Assembly: GCF_044324785.1 (NCBI RefSeq)
Contig: NZ_CP172127.1
Length of the DNA: 64,000 bases
Direction: 5' to 3' (one strand)
Source of the DNA: Escherichia coli
GTDB taxonomy: Bacteria; Pseudomonadota; Gammaproteobacteria; Enterobacterales; Enterobacteriaceae
Shown here: piece after piece, positions 1-9,993 of the stretch
How the letters are laid out: each line of letters begins with the position of its first letter
Position numbering within the stretch: position 1 is the stretch's first letter
Made by a program: the position numbers and the translations under genes
Notes under the pieces: generated by a model
Told to the model about the DNA's origin: nothing
The model's input: only the letters and a program-made list of their open reading frames with translations
Databases searched by the model: none

Positions 1-597
<597 letters not shown>

Positions 598-746
598 TTT
601 ACATCCCGGTAATGCAACAAAAGTTAGAGCTTTTAAACGCTGCTACTATACGCGCGCGATTGAGGTTTGGGAATGAGGGCAAGTTAAGGGAGCGTAAAAA
701 TTTATGGGCCTTAAGCGGCCCATAATTTTTTAAAGAGAATTCTGAT

Positions 747-1040
747 TTAAAAGAAGAAGAAAATCAGCCCGACAATGAGAACAATATCGGCAAGCAATGG
801 GCAAAAAATCCCTTGCCAAAGAACCTTCTGCGGACGAAAACCCACGCCGTGAATCACACCAGCACAGACGGCCCACATCAGCAATAAACCATGCCAGATT
901 TCCAGTTCACTGGTCTTCGCGGCGAAACGTGATGGGTCCCAAAACATACATCCTGCTAACAGAAGCGCCATCACGAAGGAAAGCGCCCGCAGGGGGCGCT
1001 TGTCCATTACCGCATACAAGGTTGCGATAATCTTACTCAT
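747..1040 (-). CDS. ybgE: Small inner-membrane protein YbgE (cyd operon)
   Basis: 97 aa hydrophobic ORF downstream of cydX; sequence and position as for E. coli YbgE. Confidence 0.9.
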   Translation of the reverse strand: MSKIIATLYAVMDKRPLRALSFVMALLLAGCMFWDPSRFAAKTSELEIWHGLLLMWAVCAGVIHGVGFRPQKVLWQGIFCPLLADIVLIVGLIFFFF

Positions 1041-1153
1041 CAGATGTCTTCTTGACCGGCTTTGCCTGATTCGACGTGCTCAAGCGCTAGCGCGGTGATT
1101 ACCCCAAACGAACAGGCAAGAAGCGTTCCCAGAATCCATGCGAAATACCACAT
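1040..1153 (-). CDS. cydX: Cytochrome bd-I accessory small subunit CydX (37 aa)
   Basis: Manual minus-strand translation gives MWYFAWILGTLLACSFGVITALALEHVESGKAGQEDI*; too short for the ORF track; lies between cydB and ybgE with a 1-nt overlap to the ybgE start. Confidence 0.85.
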   Translation of the reverse strand: MWYFAWILGTLLACSFGVITALALEHVESGKAGQEDI

Positions 1154-1167
1154 TTTTAGCTCCTTAC

Positions 1168-2307
1168 TTAGTACAGAGAGTGGGTGTTACGTTCAATATC
1201 TTCTTTGGTGATACGACCGAACATTTTCCAGTAACACCAGGCGGTGTAGAGCAGAATGATCGGTACCAGAACCACCGCAACCCAGGTCATGACGTTAAGT
1301 GTCAGCTGGCTGGAAGTTGCATCCCACATTGTCAGACTTGCGTTCATCATGGTGCTGGACGGCATCACAAACGGGAACATTGCAATACCGGCAGTCAGGA
1401 TGATGCAGGCCAGCGTCAGGGAGGAGAACACAAACGCCCACGCCGCTTTATCCATACGTGCAGTCAGAATGGTCAGCAGTGGCAGAACCACACCCAGTGC
1501 CGGAATAGCCCACAGAATCGGCGTGTTGTTGAAGTTCACCAACCATGCGCCAGCTTCACGAACCACTTCTTTATTCAACGGGTTAGAGGCTGCGTAATGG
1601 TCCATTGTCGATTTCACGACATAACCATCGATACCGTACATCACCCATACGCCAGCCAGTGCGAAGCAGACCAGTGTCACCAGTGCCGCCACCTGAGCCG
1701 TTGCACGGGTACGCAGGTGCAGTTCGCCCACGGTACGCATTTGCAGATAGGTTGCGCCCTGAGTAATGATCATCCCTACGCTCACCACGCCAGCCAGCAG
1801 GCCGAACGGGTTAAGCAGCTGGAAGAAGTTACCGGTGTAGTACAGACGCAGATATTCATCAACGTTGAACGGTACGCCCTGCAACAGGTTACCGAACGCC
1901 ACACCAATCACCAGCGGCGGAACGAAGCTACCAATGAAGATGCCCCAGTCCCACATGTTACGCCAGCGGGTTTCTTCAATCTTGGAGCGGTAGTCAAAAC
2001 CGACCGGACGGAAGAACAAAGACGCCAGCACGAGGATCATCGCCACATAGAAGCCGGAGAACGCAGCGGCATAGACCATCGGCCAGGCAGCAAAGAGTGC
2101 GCCGCCCGCGGTGATCAGCCAAACCTGGTTACCGTCCCAGTGTGGAGCAATGGAGTTAATCATAATTCGACGCTCGGTGTCGTTACGACCGAGGAAACGG
2201 GTGAGCATGCCCACCCCCATGTCGAAACCGTCAGTGACTGCAAAACCAATCAGCAGAACGCCAACCAGCAGCCACCAGATAAAACGCAATACTTCATAAT
2301 CGATCAT
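1168..2307 (-). CDS. cydB: Cytochrome bd-I ubiquinol oxidase subunit II
   Basis: 379 aa polytopic membrane ORF immediately downstream of cydA. Confidence 0.97.
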   Translation of the reverse strand: MIDYEVLRFIWWLLVGVLLIGFAVTDGFDMGVGMLTRFLGRNDTERRIMINSIAPHWDGNQVWLITAGGALFAAWPMVYAAAFSGFYVAMILVLASLFFRPVGFDYRSKIEETRWRNMWDWGIFIGSFVPPLVIGVAFGNLLQGVPFNVDEYLRLYYTGNFFQLLNPFGLLAGVVSVGMIITQGATYLQMRTVGELHLRTRATAQVAALVTLVCFALAGVWVMYGIDGYVVKSTMDHYAASNPLNKEVVREAGAWLVNFNNTPILWAIPALGVVLPLLTILTARMDKAAWAFVFSSLTLACIILTAGIAMFPFVMPSSTMMNASLTMWDATSSQLTLNVMTWVAVVLVPIILLYTAWCYWKMFGRITKEDIERNTHSLY

Positions 2308-2322
2308 TTGACGACTCCTGTC

Positions 2323-3891
2323 TTAGCGTGCCGGCTGAGTAGTCGTGGAAGACTGCTCAAAGTGATAGCGACCGGTTTTCAGGCTGCTTGGGCCGAGGCG
2401 TGCAAACTTGAACATTAAGAACAATTCTGCCACCAGGAACAGGGTATACAGGCCGCAAATCAGCACCATTGAGAAGATGAGGTCGCCTGCGGTCAGTGAC
2501 GAGTTCGCCACAGCTGTCGGCAGCACTTCACCGATAGCCCACGGTTGGCGGCCATATTCAGCCACAAACCAGCCCGCTTCTACAGCAATCCACGGCAGCG
2601 GAATACCGTACAGCGCGGCGCGCAGCAGCCATTTTTTCTCGCCAATGCGGTTGCGGATGACACTCCAGAAAGAGAGCGCGATGATTGCCAGCAGCAGGAA
2701 GCCACACGCCACCATGATACGGAACGCGAAGTACAGCGGCGCTACACGTGGAATGGAGTCTTTGGTTGCCTGTTGAATCTGCGCTTCAGTTGCATCCGCC
2801 ACGTTTGGCGTATAGCGTTTCAGCAGCAGACCGTAACCGAGGTCTTTCTTCATGCTATTGAACTGATCACGAACCGCCTGGTCGGTAGAACCAGAACGCA
2901 GTTGCTCGAGCAGAGAGTACGCCTTCATCCCGTTACGAATGCGTTCTTCATGCTGCACCATCAGTTCTTTCAGGCCGATAACTGGAGTATCCACGGAACG
3001 CGTTGCAATGATGCCCAGCGCGTAAGGGATCTGGATCGCAAATTTGTTCGTCTCCTCTTCCTGATCAGGAATGCCGAACAGAGTAAAGGCAGCAGGCGCA
3101 GGTTGCGTTTCCCACTCGGCTTCAATAGCAGCCAGTTTGGTTTTCTGCACGTCGCCCATTTCGTAGCCGGATTCATCACCCAGAACAATAACAGACAGAA
3201 CGGCAGCCATACCGAAGCTGGCAGCGATAGCAAAGGAGCGTTTAGCGAAGGCGAAGTCACGACCTTTCAGCATATACCATGCGCTGATACCGAGGATGAA
3301 CATCGCGCCAGTCACATAACCAGACGCTACAGTGTGAACGAATTTCACCTGAGCAACCGGGTTAAGCACCAGCTCGGAGAAGCTCACCATCTCCATACGC
3401 ATAGTTTCAAAGTTGAAATCGGATGCGATTGGGTTTTGCATCCAGCCGTTCGCAACCAGAATCCACAGTGCGGACAGGTTTGAACCGAGCGCCACCAGCC
3501 AGGTGACACACATATGCTGAACTTTACCCAGACGATCCCAACCGAAGAAGAACAGACCTACAAAGGTGGATTCGAGGAAGAAGGCCATCAGACCTTCGAT
3601 TGCCAGCGGCGCACCGAAGATATCCCCTACATAGTGGGAATAGTAAGACCAGTTAGTCCCGAACTGGAACTCCATGGTCAGACCGGTAGCCACACCCAGA
3701 GCGAAGTTGATACCAAACAACTTGCCCCAGAACTTGGTCATATCTTTATAAATCTGTTTGCCGGAAAGGACGTAGACCGTTTCCATAATGGCCAGCAGGA
3801 ACGCCATACCGAGCGTCAGTGGCACAAAAAGGAAGTGGTACATCGCGGTCAAGGCAAACTGTAAGCGCGACAGTTCGACTATATCTAACAT
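2323..3891 (-). CDS. cydA: Cytochrome bd-I ubiquinol oxidase subunit I
   Basis: ORF-track frame 2323-3894 (MMLDIVELS...); start placed at the second Met ([12 protein letters not shown]...) to give the 522 aa expected for CydA. Confidence 0.96.
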
Positions 3892-4228
3892 CATGACTCC
3901 TTGCTCATCGCATGAAGACTCCGAGAGTGAACCCCGTTAGAAAGGGTCACACGCATGCCCCAATACAAAATTATTTGCTCGCCTCTATCGTTGCCATTTC
4001 ATCAAAAGAGGAAAAGACAATGATAAAAAAGTTACAAATATGTTAATGAATAAACCAAATTGATCCCGTAATTATATTACGCCGCAAAATCCTTACAATA
4101 AACAGGTTTTTATTGAGCAAATTTGCATTTTTCGACAGTGATCAATTTATAGCGAAATTGTCACGACATCACCAATTTGATCTACGACAATTTATCGTGT
4201 TTTGCAGATTTTTTTCAAGAATTAAAAA

Positions 4229-4242
4229 TTGATTTATATCAA
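4229..4242 (-). promoter_or_regulatory. Perfect FNR-type box TTGAT-N4-ATCAA in the cydAB upstream regulatory region
   Basis: TTGATTTATATCAA read directly in the AT-rich region upstream of cydA; cydAB is a known FNR/ArcA-controlled operon. Confidence 0.5.
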
Positions 4243-4696
4243 AATCAGCCAAATATGTTAATTATGTATAAACCATAGATCATTGGTAATTTTATTGTTA
4301 ATTTATTGTGAAATATTTATGCAACACAATTATTACAATGAAAAAGTATAGATAAAAAACCAGTGTTTTATTTAACAGAACCGCCCTATCCACTTTTTAT
4401 AATACCAATTGATTAGAGTAGCCAATTTGTTGCTATTTTACATAACATATTTTTATCAAAGTTAATTGATTGTTGCCTTTATGAGCACCGACCGTAAGCC
4501 CGTTATGTTATTGTTTCATTAGTAATAATCACTTAAATGTATCGATAAAACAGGTATGACTTAGCGGGAGTGATTGTTTCTGAGTGAACAGAGGACACTT
4601 TCGCCTGATAAATGAAAAATGAGCGATTTTTGCAAGTTAGTTTTTCTATAGCCGAGTACGCTCAGCGCCTCGCTTGATTACAATGAGGTTGCTGCT

Positions 4697-5641
4697 ATGA
4701 GTCCTGATAATATCGGTTCGGCTGTCAATCGCTTCTTAGGTTGGCCATCTAATGATCCTCTAAAAACAGATAACGAATCAATGACATCACCCGTGACTGT
4801 GCAGGTAATAAAGATGATTGCCGCCATCCTTGACCCACATCGGATAGTCGTTGGAATCGATACACTTTATACAACGCAGCGCGAAACATTTACCTCAGAG
4901 AGTCAACAGCTCATTGAATCAGCATTGCAAACACTTCATGTGATGAATTTAAATAACCTGGAAACAAATCTCGATGAGGAAGGTCACTATCTGGCTTTTG
5001 GATATAACGTTGACACTCCTGACAGAATAACCGTTTCTGCTTATAATGAAAAAAAGCCTGGCTGCTATGGTCAATGTCTTTTAATACAGGATGACGAAAC
5101 AGACTTATTTAACCTGATAAAAGTTAAAATTTTTGAAACCAGGCATAATTATGTCGCTCAATTGATGAGCGATCCGGAATTTATGTTCAAATTTAGTTAT
5201 AGCGCTCAACAAAATAGATTAGAACCTCATCTTCTGGTTCCCACTTATTTCCCTCTAAAAACAAACGAACCGGTTACGCAAGAGGATGTACTGTTACTTT
5301 ATCGTTTCTTTAAAATGGATGGTGATTTTAATATATTAACATCAGATGAATACATGAGTATCATGACACCTCTGATGAAGTGTGAGCGCAGCATCCACGA
5401 CCACAACAGGTATGTGACGGGCAAAGATACCCTTCTTCTGGACTATCCTCCTTCTGGTAACCAGATATATTTCCATATTTTTCCTGACGAATCAGCAACA
5501 CTAGTCCTTTATTTTTCAAACAATGACATTGAATGTTTCGTCTTTGAAAGAGATATTCCGAGCCAGTATCGCTTTTTCAAAATGTTTACCAATCTGGCAC
5601 TGGTTATTGATCAGTTAACCGATGCCAATCAAATACTTTAA
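4697..5641 (+). CDS. Hypothetical protein, 314 aa, AT-rich, no recognisable domain
   Basis: Long ORF with GAGG upstream of the ATG; markedly AT-rich versus flanking core genes; no signal peptide, P-loop or other motif I recognise. Confidence 0.6.
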   Translation: MSPDNIGSAVNRFLGWPSNDPLKTDNESMTSPVTVQVIKMIAAILDPHRIVVGIDTLYTTQRETFTSESQQLIESALQTLHVMNLNNLETNLDEEGHYLAFGYNVDTPDRITVSAYNEKKPGCYGQCLLIQDDETDLFNLIKVKIFETRHNYVAQLMSDPEFMFKFSYSAQQNRLEPHLLVPTYFPLKTNEPVTQEDVLLLYRFFKMDGDFNILTSDEYMSIMTPLMKCERSIHDHNRYVTGKDTLLLDYPPSGNQIYFHIFPDESATLVLYFSNNDIECFVFERDIPSQYRFFKMFTNLALVIDQLTDANQIL

Positions 5642-5721
5642 TTTTTATATATTCCCTGTGGCAAATATTGCTAAACAATGCCCGGGGATTAATTTTTATT
5701 ACTCACGGAAAGATTTAAATA

Positions 5722-6144
5722 ATGATCCCATCTCAAATCTCTTTCAACACCCTTCCTGTCAATGCAACATACGCTTCAGAGACAACAGTTGACACACAAA
5801 AATTCTCTGACATCCTCTACTCAGCGGGGTGTTCCCTAAAGGATCTGGCTTATCTGAGCAGATGTCTGGCATCAATACATCCGACTATCGCCAAAAACAT
5901 TTATGAAACAGAAAATCTCAGCGATCAAAAATTACTGCATATTGATTGCCGTAGTACAAATGAAATCAAGATAAATATCTTTTTTGGTCAACAACGAGAA
6001 GGATTAATTGAAATTAATTCTGACACTGTCATTTTTCCGATATTGTCTTCATTAATTGACTCCGCCATTTCTAAATTTCAACACCAAATCCCCGTTAACG
6101 GTTCAGTAAATCCTGACCTATTGTATGAGGATTATACTGATTAA
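5722..6144 (+). CDS. Hypothetical protein, 140 aa, AT-rich, no recognisable domain
   Basis: ORF 80 bp downstream of 4697-5641 on the same strand with the same AT-rich composition; Ser/Thr-rich N-terminus (MIPSQISFNTLPVNATYASETTV...). Confidence 0.5.
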   Translation: MIPSQISFNTLPVNATYASETTVDTQKFSDILYSAGCSLKDLAYLSRCLASIHPTIAKNIYETENLSDQKLLHIDCRSTNEIKINIFFGQQREGLIEINSDTVIFPILSSLIDSAISKFQHQIPVNGSVNPDLLYEDYTD

Positions 6145-6691
6145 ATCCCTCCTGTCGCGAAAAATGGCCTGCGTTATTGCCAGACGTAATAAAACTTTTG
6201 ATTAACGTTACTCGTACTGGTAGCACCTTCATGTACTTTTCTTTTTTACGAAAAATCAAAAGAGCTAACAAAGGTCATAATTCGCATGAATCATTAATTA
6301 TTTGTTATTTTCAACATTATTTTTACATTAAGCAGAGATGAATTGCAGTGAAATTCGACTTAACTTTTATGAAATGCATTTACTCATGGCTAAAGCCACG
6401 TCACAAAAATGCAAATTAGAAGTTGATCACAATTATCTCAATACATCAAATCAAGTTAATTTTAAAAATTTAACATTCATGACATTAGTTGACATAACAC
6501 ACTGAATTAAAATGATAATTTGAAAACACACTTTAAACAATCATTTCCCGAAAGACATTTTGAAAATAGATCAATTGCAACATTACGGTCAGATAAAGAC
6601 ACTCCTGTGATATTAAACCTGTGCCGTTATGAGCGGCCATAAATACGACGTGTGTAACTTATTTTACTCTCTGTCTTACAAAGGATTACCC

Positions 6692-7141
6692 ATGAAGAAA
6701 GCAACACTTGTGATTGGCGTTATTGGCGCGGACTGCCATGCAGTAGGCAATAAAGTTCTGGACCGAGTTTTTAGCAACCATGACTTCAGAGTTATTAATC
6801 TGGGCGTAATGGTCAGCCAGGACGAATATATTGATGCTGCCATTGAAACTGGTGCTGACGCGATTGTCGTCTCCTCTATCTATGGGCATGGCGATATCGA
6901 TTGTCTGGGCATGCGCGAACGCTGCATCGAGCGTGGGCTGGGTAACATCCTGCTCTATGTGGGCGGTAACCTGGTGGTCGGAAAACATGACTTCGCTGAC
7001 GTGGAAACCAAGTTCAAAGAGATGGGATTTGATCGCGTCTTTTCCCCAAGTCATGACTTAGAAGATGTTTGTCAGCTGATGGCCCACGATATCAACCAAC
7101 GTCATGACGTTGATACTCGCATTCTTGAAGAGGCAATCTGA
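6692..7141 (+). CDS. glmS: Glutamate mutase (methylaspartate mutase) S subunit, B12-binding
   Basis: [24 protein letters not shown]... carries the cobalamin-binding DxHxxG-type motif and resembles clostridial GlmS/MutS; start at the internal Met with an AGGA RBS rather than the ORF-track start at 6629. Symbol follows clostridial nomenclature, not glucosamine-6-P synthase. Confidence 0.9.
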   Translation: MKKATLVIGVIGADCHAVGNKVLDRVFSNHDFRVINLGVMVSQDEYIDAAIETGADAIVVSSIYGHGDIDCLGMRERCIERGLGNILLYVGGNLVVGKHDFADVETKFKEMGFDRVFSPSHDLEDVCQLMAHDINQRHDVDTRILEEAI

Positions 7142-8529
7142 TGCAAATCGTCTCTGTCGATATTGGATCGACGTGGACCAAAGCAGCCCTCTTCACCCGG
7201 GAGGGGGACGCGTTAACGTTGGTTAACCACGTTCTGACCCCAACCACCACCCATCATCTGGCGAAGGGGTTTTTCTCCAGCCTGGACCAGGTGTTAAACG
7301 TAGATAATGCCCTCCCCCTGTTAAACAGTGGTGAGGTTGCATTGAAGTATTCCTCCTCTGCCAAAGGTGGGCTGGCGGTTGCCGCAATGGGATTGGTGCC
7401 TTCTATCACCCTGGAAACCGCGAAAGTAACCGCTCACTCTGCGGGGGCTAAAATTGCGCAATATTACGCCTACAAGCTGAACCGCCGTGATATCCAGGCA
7501 CTGGAAGAAACGCAGCCCGATATTCTCTTGTTCACCGGCGGCACCGACGGCGGAGAAGAAAGCTACGGCCTGAATAACGCCCGTGTGCTGGCAGAATCCA
7601 AACTCGACTGCGCCATTATTTATGCCGGAAACCGGGATATTCAGGACGAGGTGCAGGAGATCCTAGGGCATAAAGACCTGACCATCGTCGACAATGTTCT
7701 GCCCGATCTTGACCATCCGAACCCTTTAGCTGCACGCCAGGCTATCTGCGACATATTCCTTAAACGCATCGTTAAAGGGAAAGGGCTGGATGTCGTTGTT
7801 GATAAAACAGGCGAAGAACCAATGCCGACACCGTGGACAGTCTTTGAACTGGTTAAGGCAATCAGTAATGTCGATCACAGCTGGAAAGAGTTCATGCTGA
7901 TCGACATGGGTGGCGCAACCACCGATGTCTATTCCGCCTGTGCCAACACGCTCTCGCCCGACACCGTTTTACACGGCGTACCGGAACCCTTCGTGAAACG
8001 GACGGTGGAAGGCGATCTGGGAATGCGCGTCTCGGCAATGGTGGTTGGTGAAAGTGCGAAAGAGTTAGTCAATGTGAATTTTGCTCAGCAACCCGCACAG
8101 CTGGACGCTTTTTATCATTACCTCCGTCATCTAGTCGCTCATCCCGACTACTTACCCGCGAATGCAGAAGAAAAATATTTCGATACCGTCCTGGCCGGAC
8201 TGTGTGTGGGTTATGCCACCGAAAGACATGCGGGCACCAAAAAAGAGGTCTGCACCTGCGTCGGCAATGTCGATTTACAGATGGGACGTGACCTGACAAC
8301 CGTGCGTAAAGTCGTCGGATCCGGCGGATGGCTCTCGCGTGCCAGTCAGTTCGATATGCATCACTGGTTGAAATACCGCGAGTTAAACGACGACGGTAAA
8401 CGCATTCTCTTACCGACCGAATTTGAATATTACCGCGATTCCCGGGGGCTATTACCACTGCTGGCAAACGTCGCCAGAGTCGATCCACTGGCCGCCGCGC
8501 GCACCAGTATTCAATGCTTAACCCTATAA
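7141..8529 (+). CDS. glmL: Glutamate mutase-associated GlmL/MutL-type protein (actin-like ATPase family)
   Basis: 462 aa ORF between the S and E subunit genes, as in clostridial glmS-glmL-glmE; N-terminus [18 protein letters not shown] typical of the sugar-kinase/actin fold; ATGA overlap with glmS. Confidence 0.8.
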   Translation: MQIVSVDIGSTWTKAALFTREGDALTLVNHVLTPTTTHHLAKGFFSSLDQVLNVDNALPLLNSGEVALKYSSSAKGGLAVAAMGLVPSITLETAKVTAHSAGAKIAQYYAYKLNRRDIQALEETQPDILLFTGGTDGGEESYGLNNARVLAESKLDCAIIYAGNRDIQDEVQEILGHKDLTIVDNVLPDLDHPNPLAARQAICDIFLKRIVKGKGLDVVVDKTGEEPMPTPWTVFELVKAISNVDHSWKEFMLIDMGGATTDVYSACANTLSPDTVLHGVPEPFVKRTVEGDLGMRVSAMVVGESAKELVNVNFAQQPAQLDAFYHYLRHLVAHPDYLPANAEEKYFDTVLAGLCVGYATERHAGTKKEVCTCVGNVDLQMGRDLTTVRKVVGSGGWLSRASQFDMHHWLKYRELNDDGKRILLPTEFEYYRDSRGLLPLLANVARVDPLAAARTSIQCLTL

Positions 8530-8547
8530 CAATTAAGGCTGCAATCA

Positions 8548-9993
8548 ATGGAACTTCGAAATAAGAAATTAACCCATGACGAATTCATGACCGAGCGGCA
8601 ACAGGTACTGAAAACCTGGGAAACCGGCAAGGATGTTGAAAACTTTGAAGATGGCGTTAAATACCAACAAACCATTCCTGAGCATAAACGCTTCTCTCTT
8701 GCGCTGTTGAAAGCAGACAAGGAAGGTAAAACCCTTAGCCAACCGCGCGCAGGTGTGGCGCTGATGGACGAACACATCGAACTACTGAAAACACTACAAG
8801 AAGAGTGCGATCTGCTGCCGAGCACCATCGATGCATATACCCGTCTGAATCGGTACGAAGAAGCGGCTGTAGGGATTAAAAAATCCATCGAAGCCGGAAC
8901 CTCTAAACTGAACGGTTTACCGGTAGTTAACCACGGCGTCGCAGCTTGCCGTCGCCTCACCGAAACTTTGCAAAAACCGCTACAGATCCGCCACGGCACG
9001 CCAGATGCGCGTCTGCTGGCTGAAATCTCGATGGCCAGCGGCTTTACCAGTTATGAAGGCGGCGGCATTTCCTACAATATTCCGTATGCCAAGCGCGTAA
9101 CGCTGGAAAAATCGATCCGCGACTGGCAGTACTGCGACCGTTTAATGGGGATGTATGAAGAACACGGGATCCGCATCAACCGCGAACCGTTTGGCCCACT
9201 AACGGGTACGCTGATCCCGCCGTTTATCTCGCACTCTATCGCGATAATCGAAGGATTACTGGCGCTGGAACAGGGTGTGAAATCTATCACCGTTGGTTAT
9301 GGACAGGTCGGCAGCCTGACGCAGGATGTTGCGGCGATCCAGTCTCTGCGTGAACTTGCACATGAATACTTTCAGAGCTATGGCTATACCGACTATGAAT
9401 TAAGTACCGTGTTTCACCAGTGGATGGGCGGCTTTCCGGAAGACGAATCGAAAGCGTTCGCTATTATCTCCTGGGGCGCAGCCGTCGCGGGGATGTCTGG
9501 TGCCACCAAAGTCATCACCAAAAGTCCGCACGAAGCCTGGGGTATCCCGACTGCCGCTGCCAACATTCAGGGGCTGAAAGCCTCCCGCCAGATGCTCAAC
9601 ATGGTCAATGAGCAGAAATTCCCGCCGTGCCCTGCGGTTGAACTGGAAATTGAACTGATTAAGAGCGAGGTTCGCGCGGTACTGAATAAAGTGTTCGAAC
9701 TGGGTAATGGTGATATTGCGCGCGGTACGGTGCTGGCATTTGAAGCGGGCGTACTGGATGTGCCGTTTGCGCCAGCCGCCTGCAACGCGGGCAAAATTCT
9801 TCCGGTCCGTGACAACACCGGCGCAATACGCGTACTGGAAGCCGGAGCCGTTCCATTGCCAAAAGATATTCTCGACCTCCACCACGATTACGTTGCGGAA
9901 CGCGCACGCTTTGAAGGACGCCAACCGACATTCCAGATGGTTGTAGATGACATCAATGCTGTATCCCACAGTAAATTAATAGGAAGACCATAA
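8548..9993 (+). CDS. glmE: Glutamate mutase (methylaspartate mutase) E subunit
   Basis: 481 aa ORF, size and position of the catalytic E subunit; adjacent to the S subunit and methylaspartate ammonia-lyase. Confidence 0.9.
   Translation: MELRNKKLTHDEFMTERQQVLKTWETGKDVENFEDGVKYQQTIPEHKRFSLALLKADKEGKTLSQPRAGVALMDEHIELLKTLQEECDLLPSTIDAYTRLNRYEEAAVGIKKSIEAGTSKLNGLPVVNHGVAACRRLTETLQKPLQIRHGTPDARLLAEISMASGFTSYEGGGISYNIPYAKRVTLEKSIRDWQYCDRLMGMYEEHGIRINREPFGPLTGTLIPPFISHSIAIIEGLLALEQGVKSITVGYGQVGSLTQDVAAIQSLRELAHEYFQSYGYTDYELSTVFHQWMGGFPEDESKAFAIISWGAAVAGMSGATKVITKSPHEAWGIPTAAANIQGLKASRQMLNMVNEQKFPPCPAVELEIELIKSEVRAVLNKVFELGNGDIARGTVLAFEAGVLDVPFAPAACNAGKILPVRDNTGAIRVLEAGAVPLPKDILDLHHDYVAERARFEGRQPTFQMVVDDINAVSHSKLIGRP

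Noticed and set aside
1138-2418. 426 aa plus-strand ORF antisense to cydB (and 1256-1597, 2111-2299)
   Set aside because: Fully overlaps a well-supported gene on the other strand; His/Gln/Arg/Cys-rich low-complexity translation typical of antisense frames in GC-rich coding DNA.
2545-3864. Plus-strand ORFs (312 aa, 116 aa) antisense to cydA
   Set aside because: Antisense shadow ORFs with no RBS or recognisable domain.
4697-5641. Assigning the 314 aa protein to a specific known family (type III effector, glycosyltransferase, etc.)
   Set aside because: No diagnostic motif could be confirmed by eye (no HExxH, no kinase motifs); naming a family would be invention without a profile search.
6629-6691. 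N-terminal extensions of ORF-track starts (glmS, and likewise abrB, ybgA, ybgD, ybgO, ybgP, ybgQ, sdhA, sdhC, kdpC, kdpD, pgm, seqA, ybfE, fldA, DAACS symporter)
   Set aside because: Six-frame ORFs begin at the most upstream in-frame start; internal starts were chosen where they carry a Shine-Dalgarno sequence and give the expected protein length.
6145-6691. Cobalamin riboswitch upstream of the B12-dependent glutamate mutase operon
   Set aside because: No B12-box-like conserved core recognised by eye; B12 riboswitches usually control transport or biosynthesis genes rather than B12-dependent enzymes. Left as unverified (an Infernal scan would decide).
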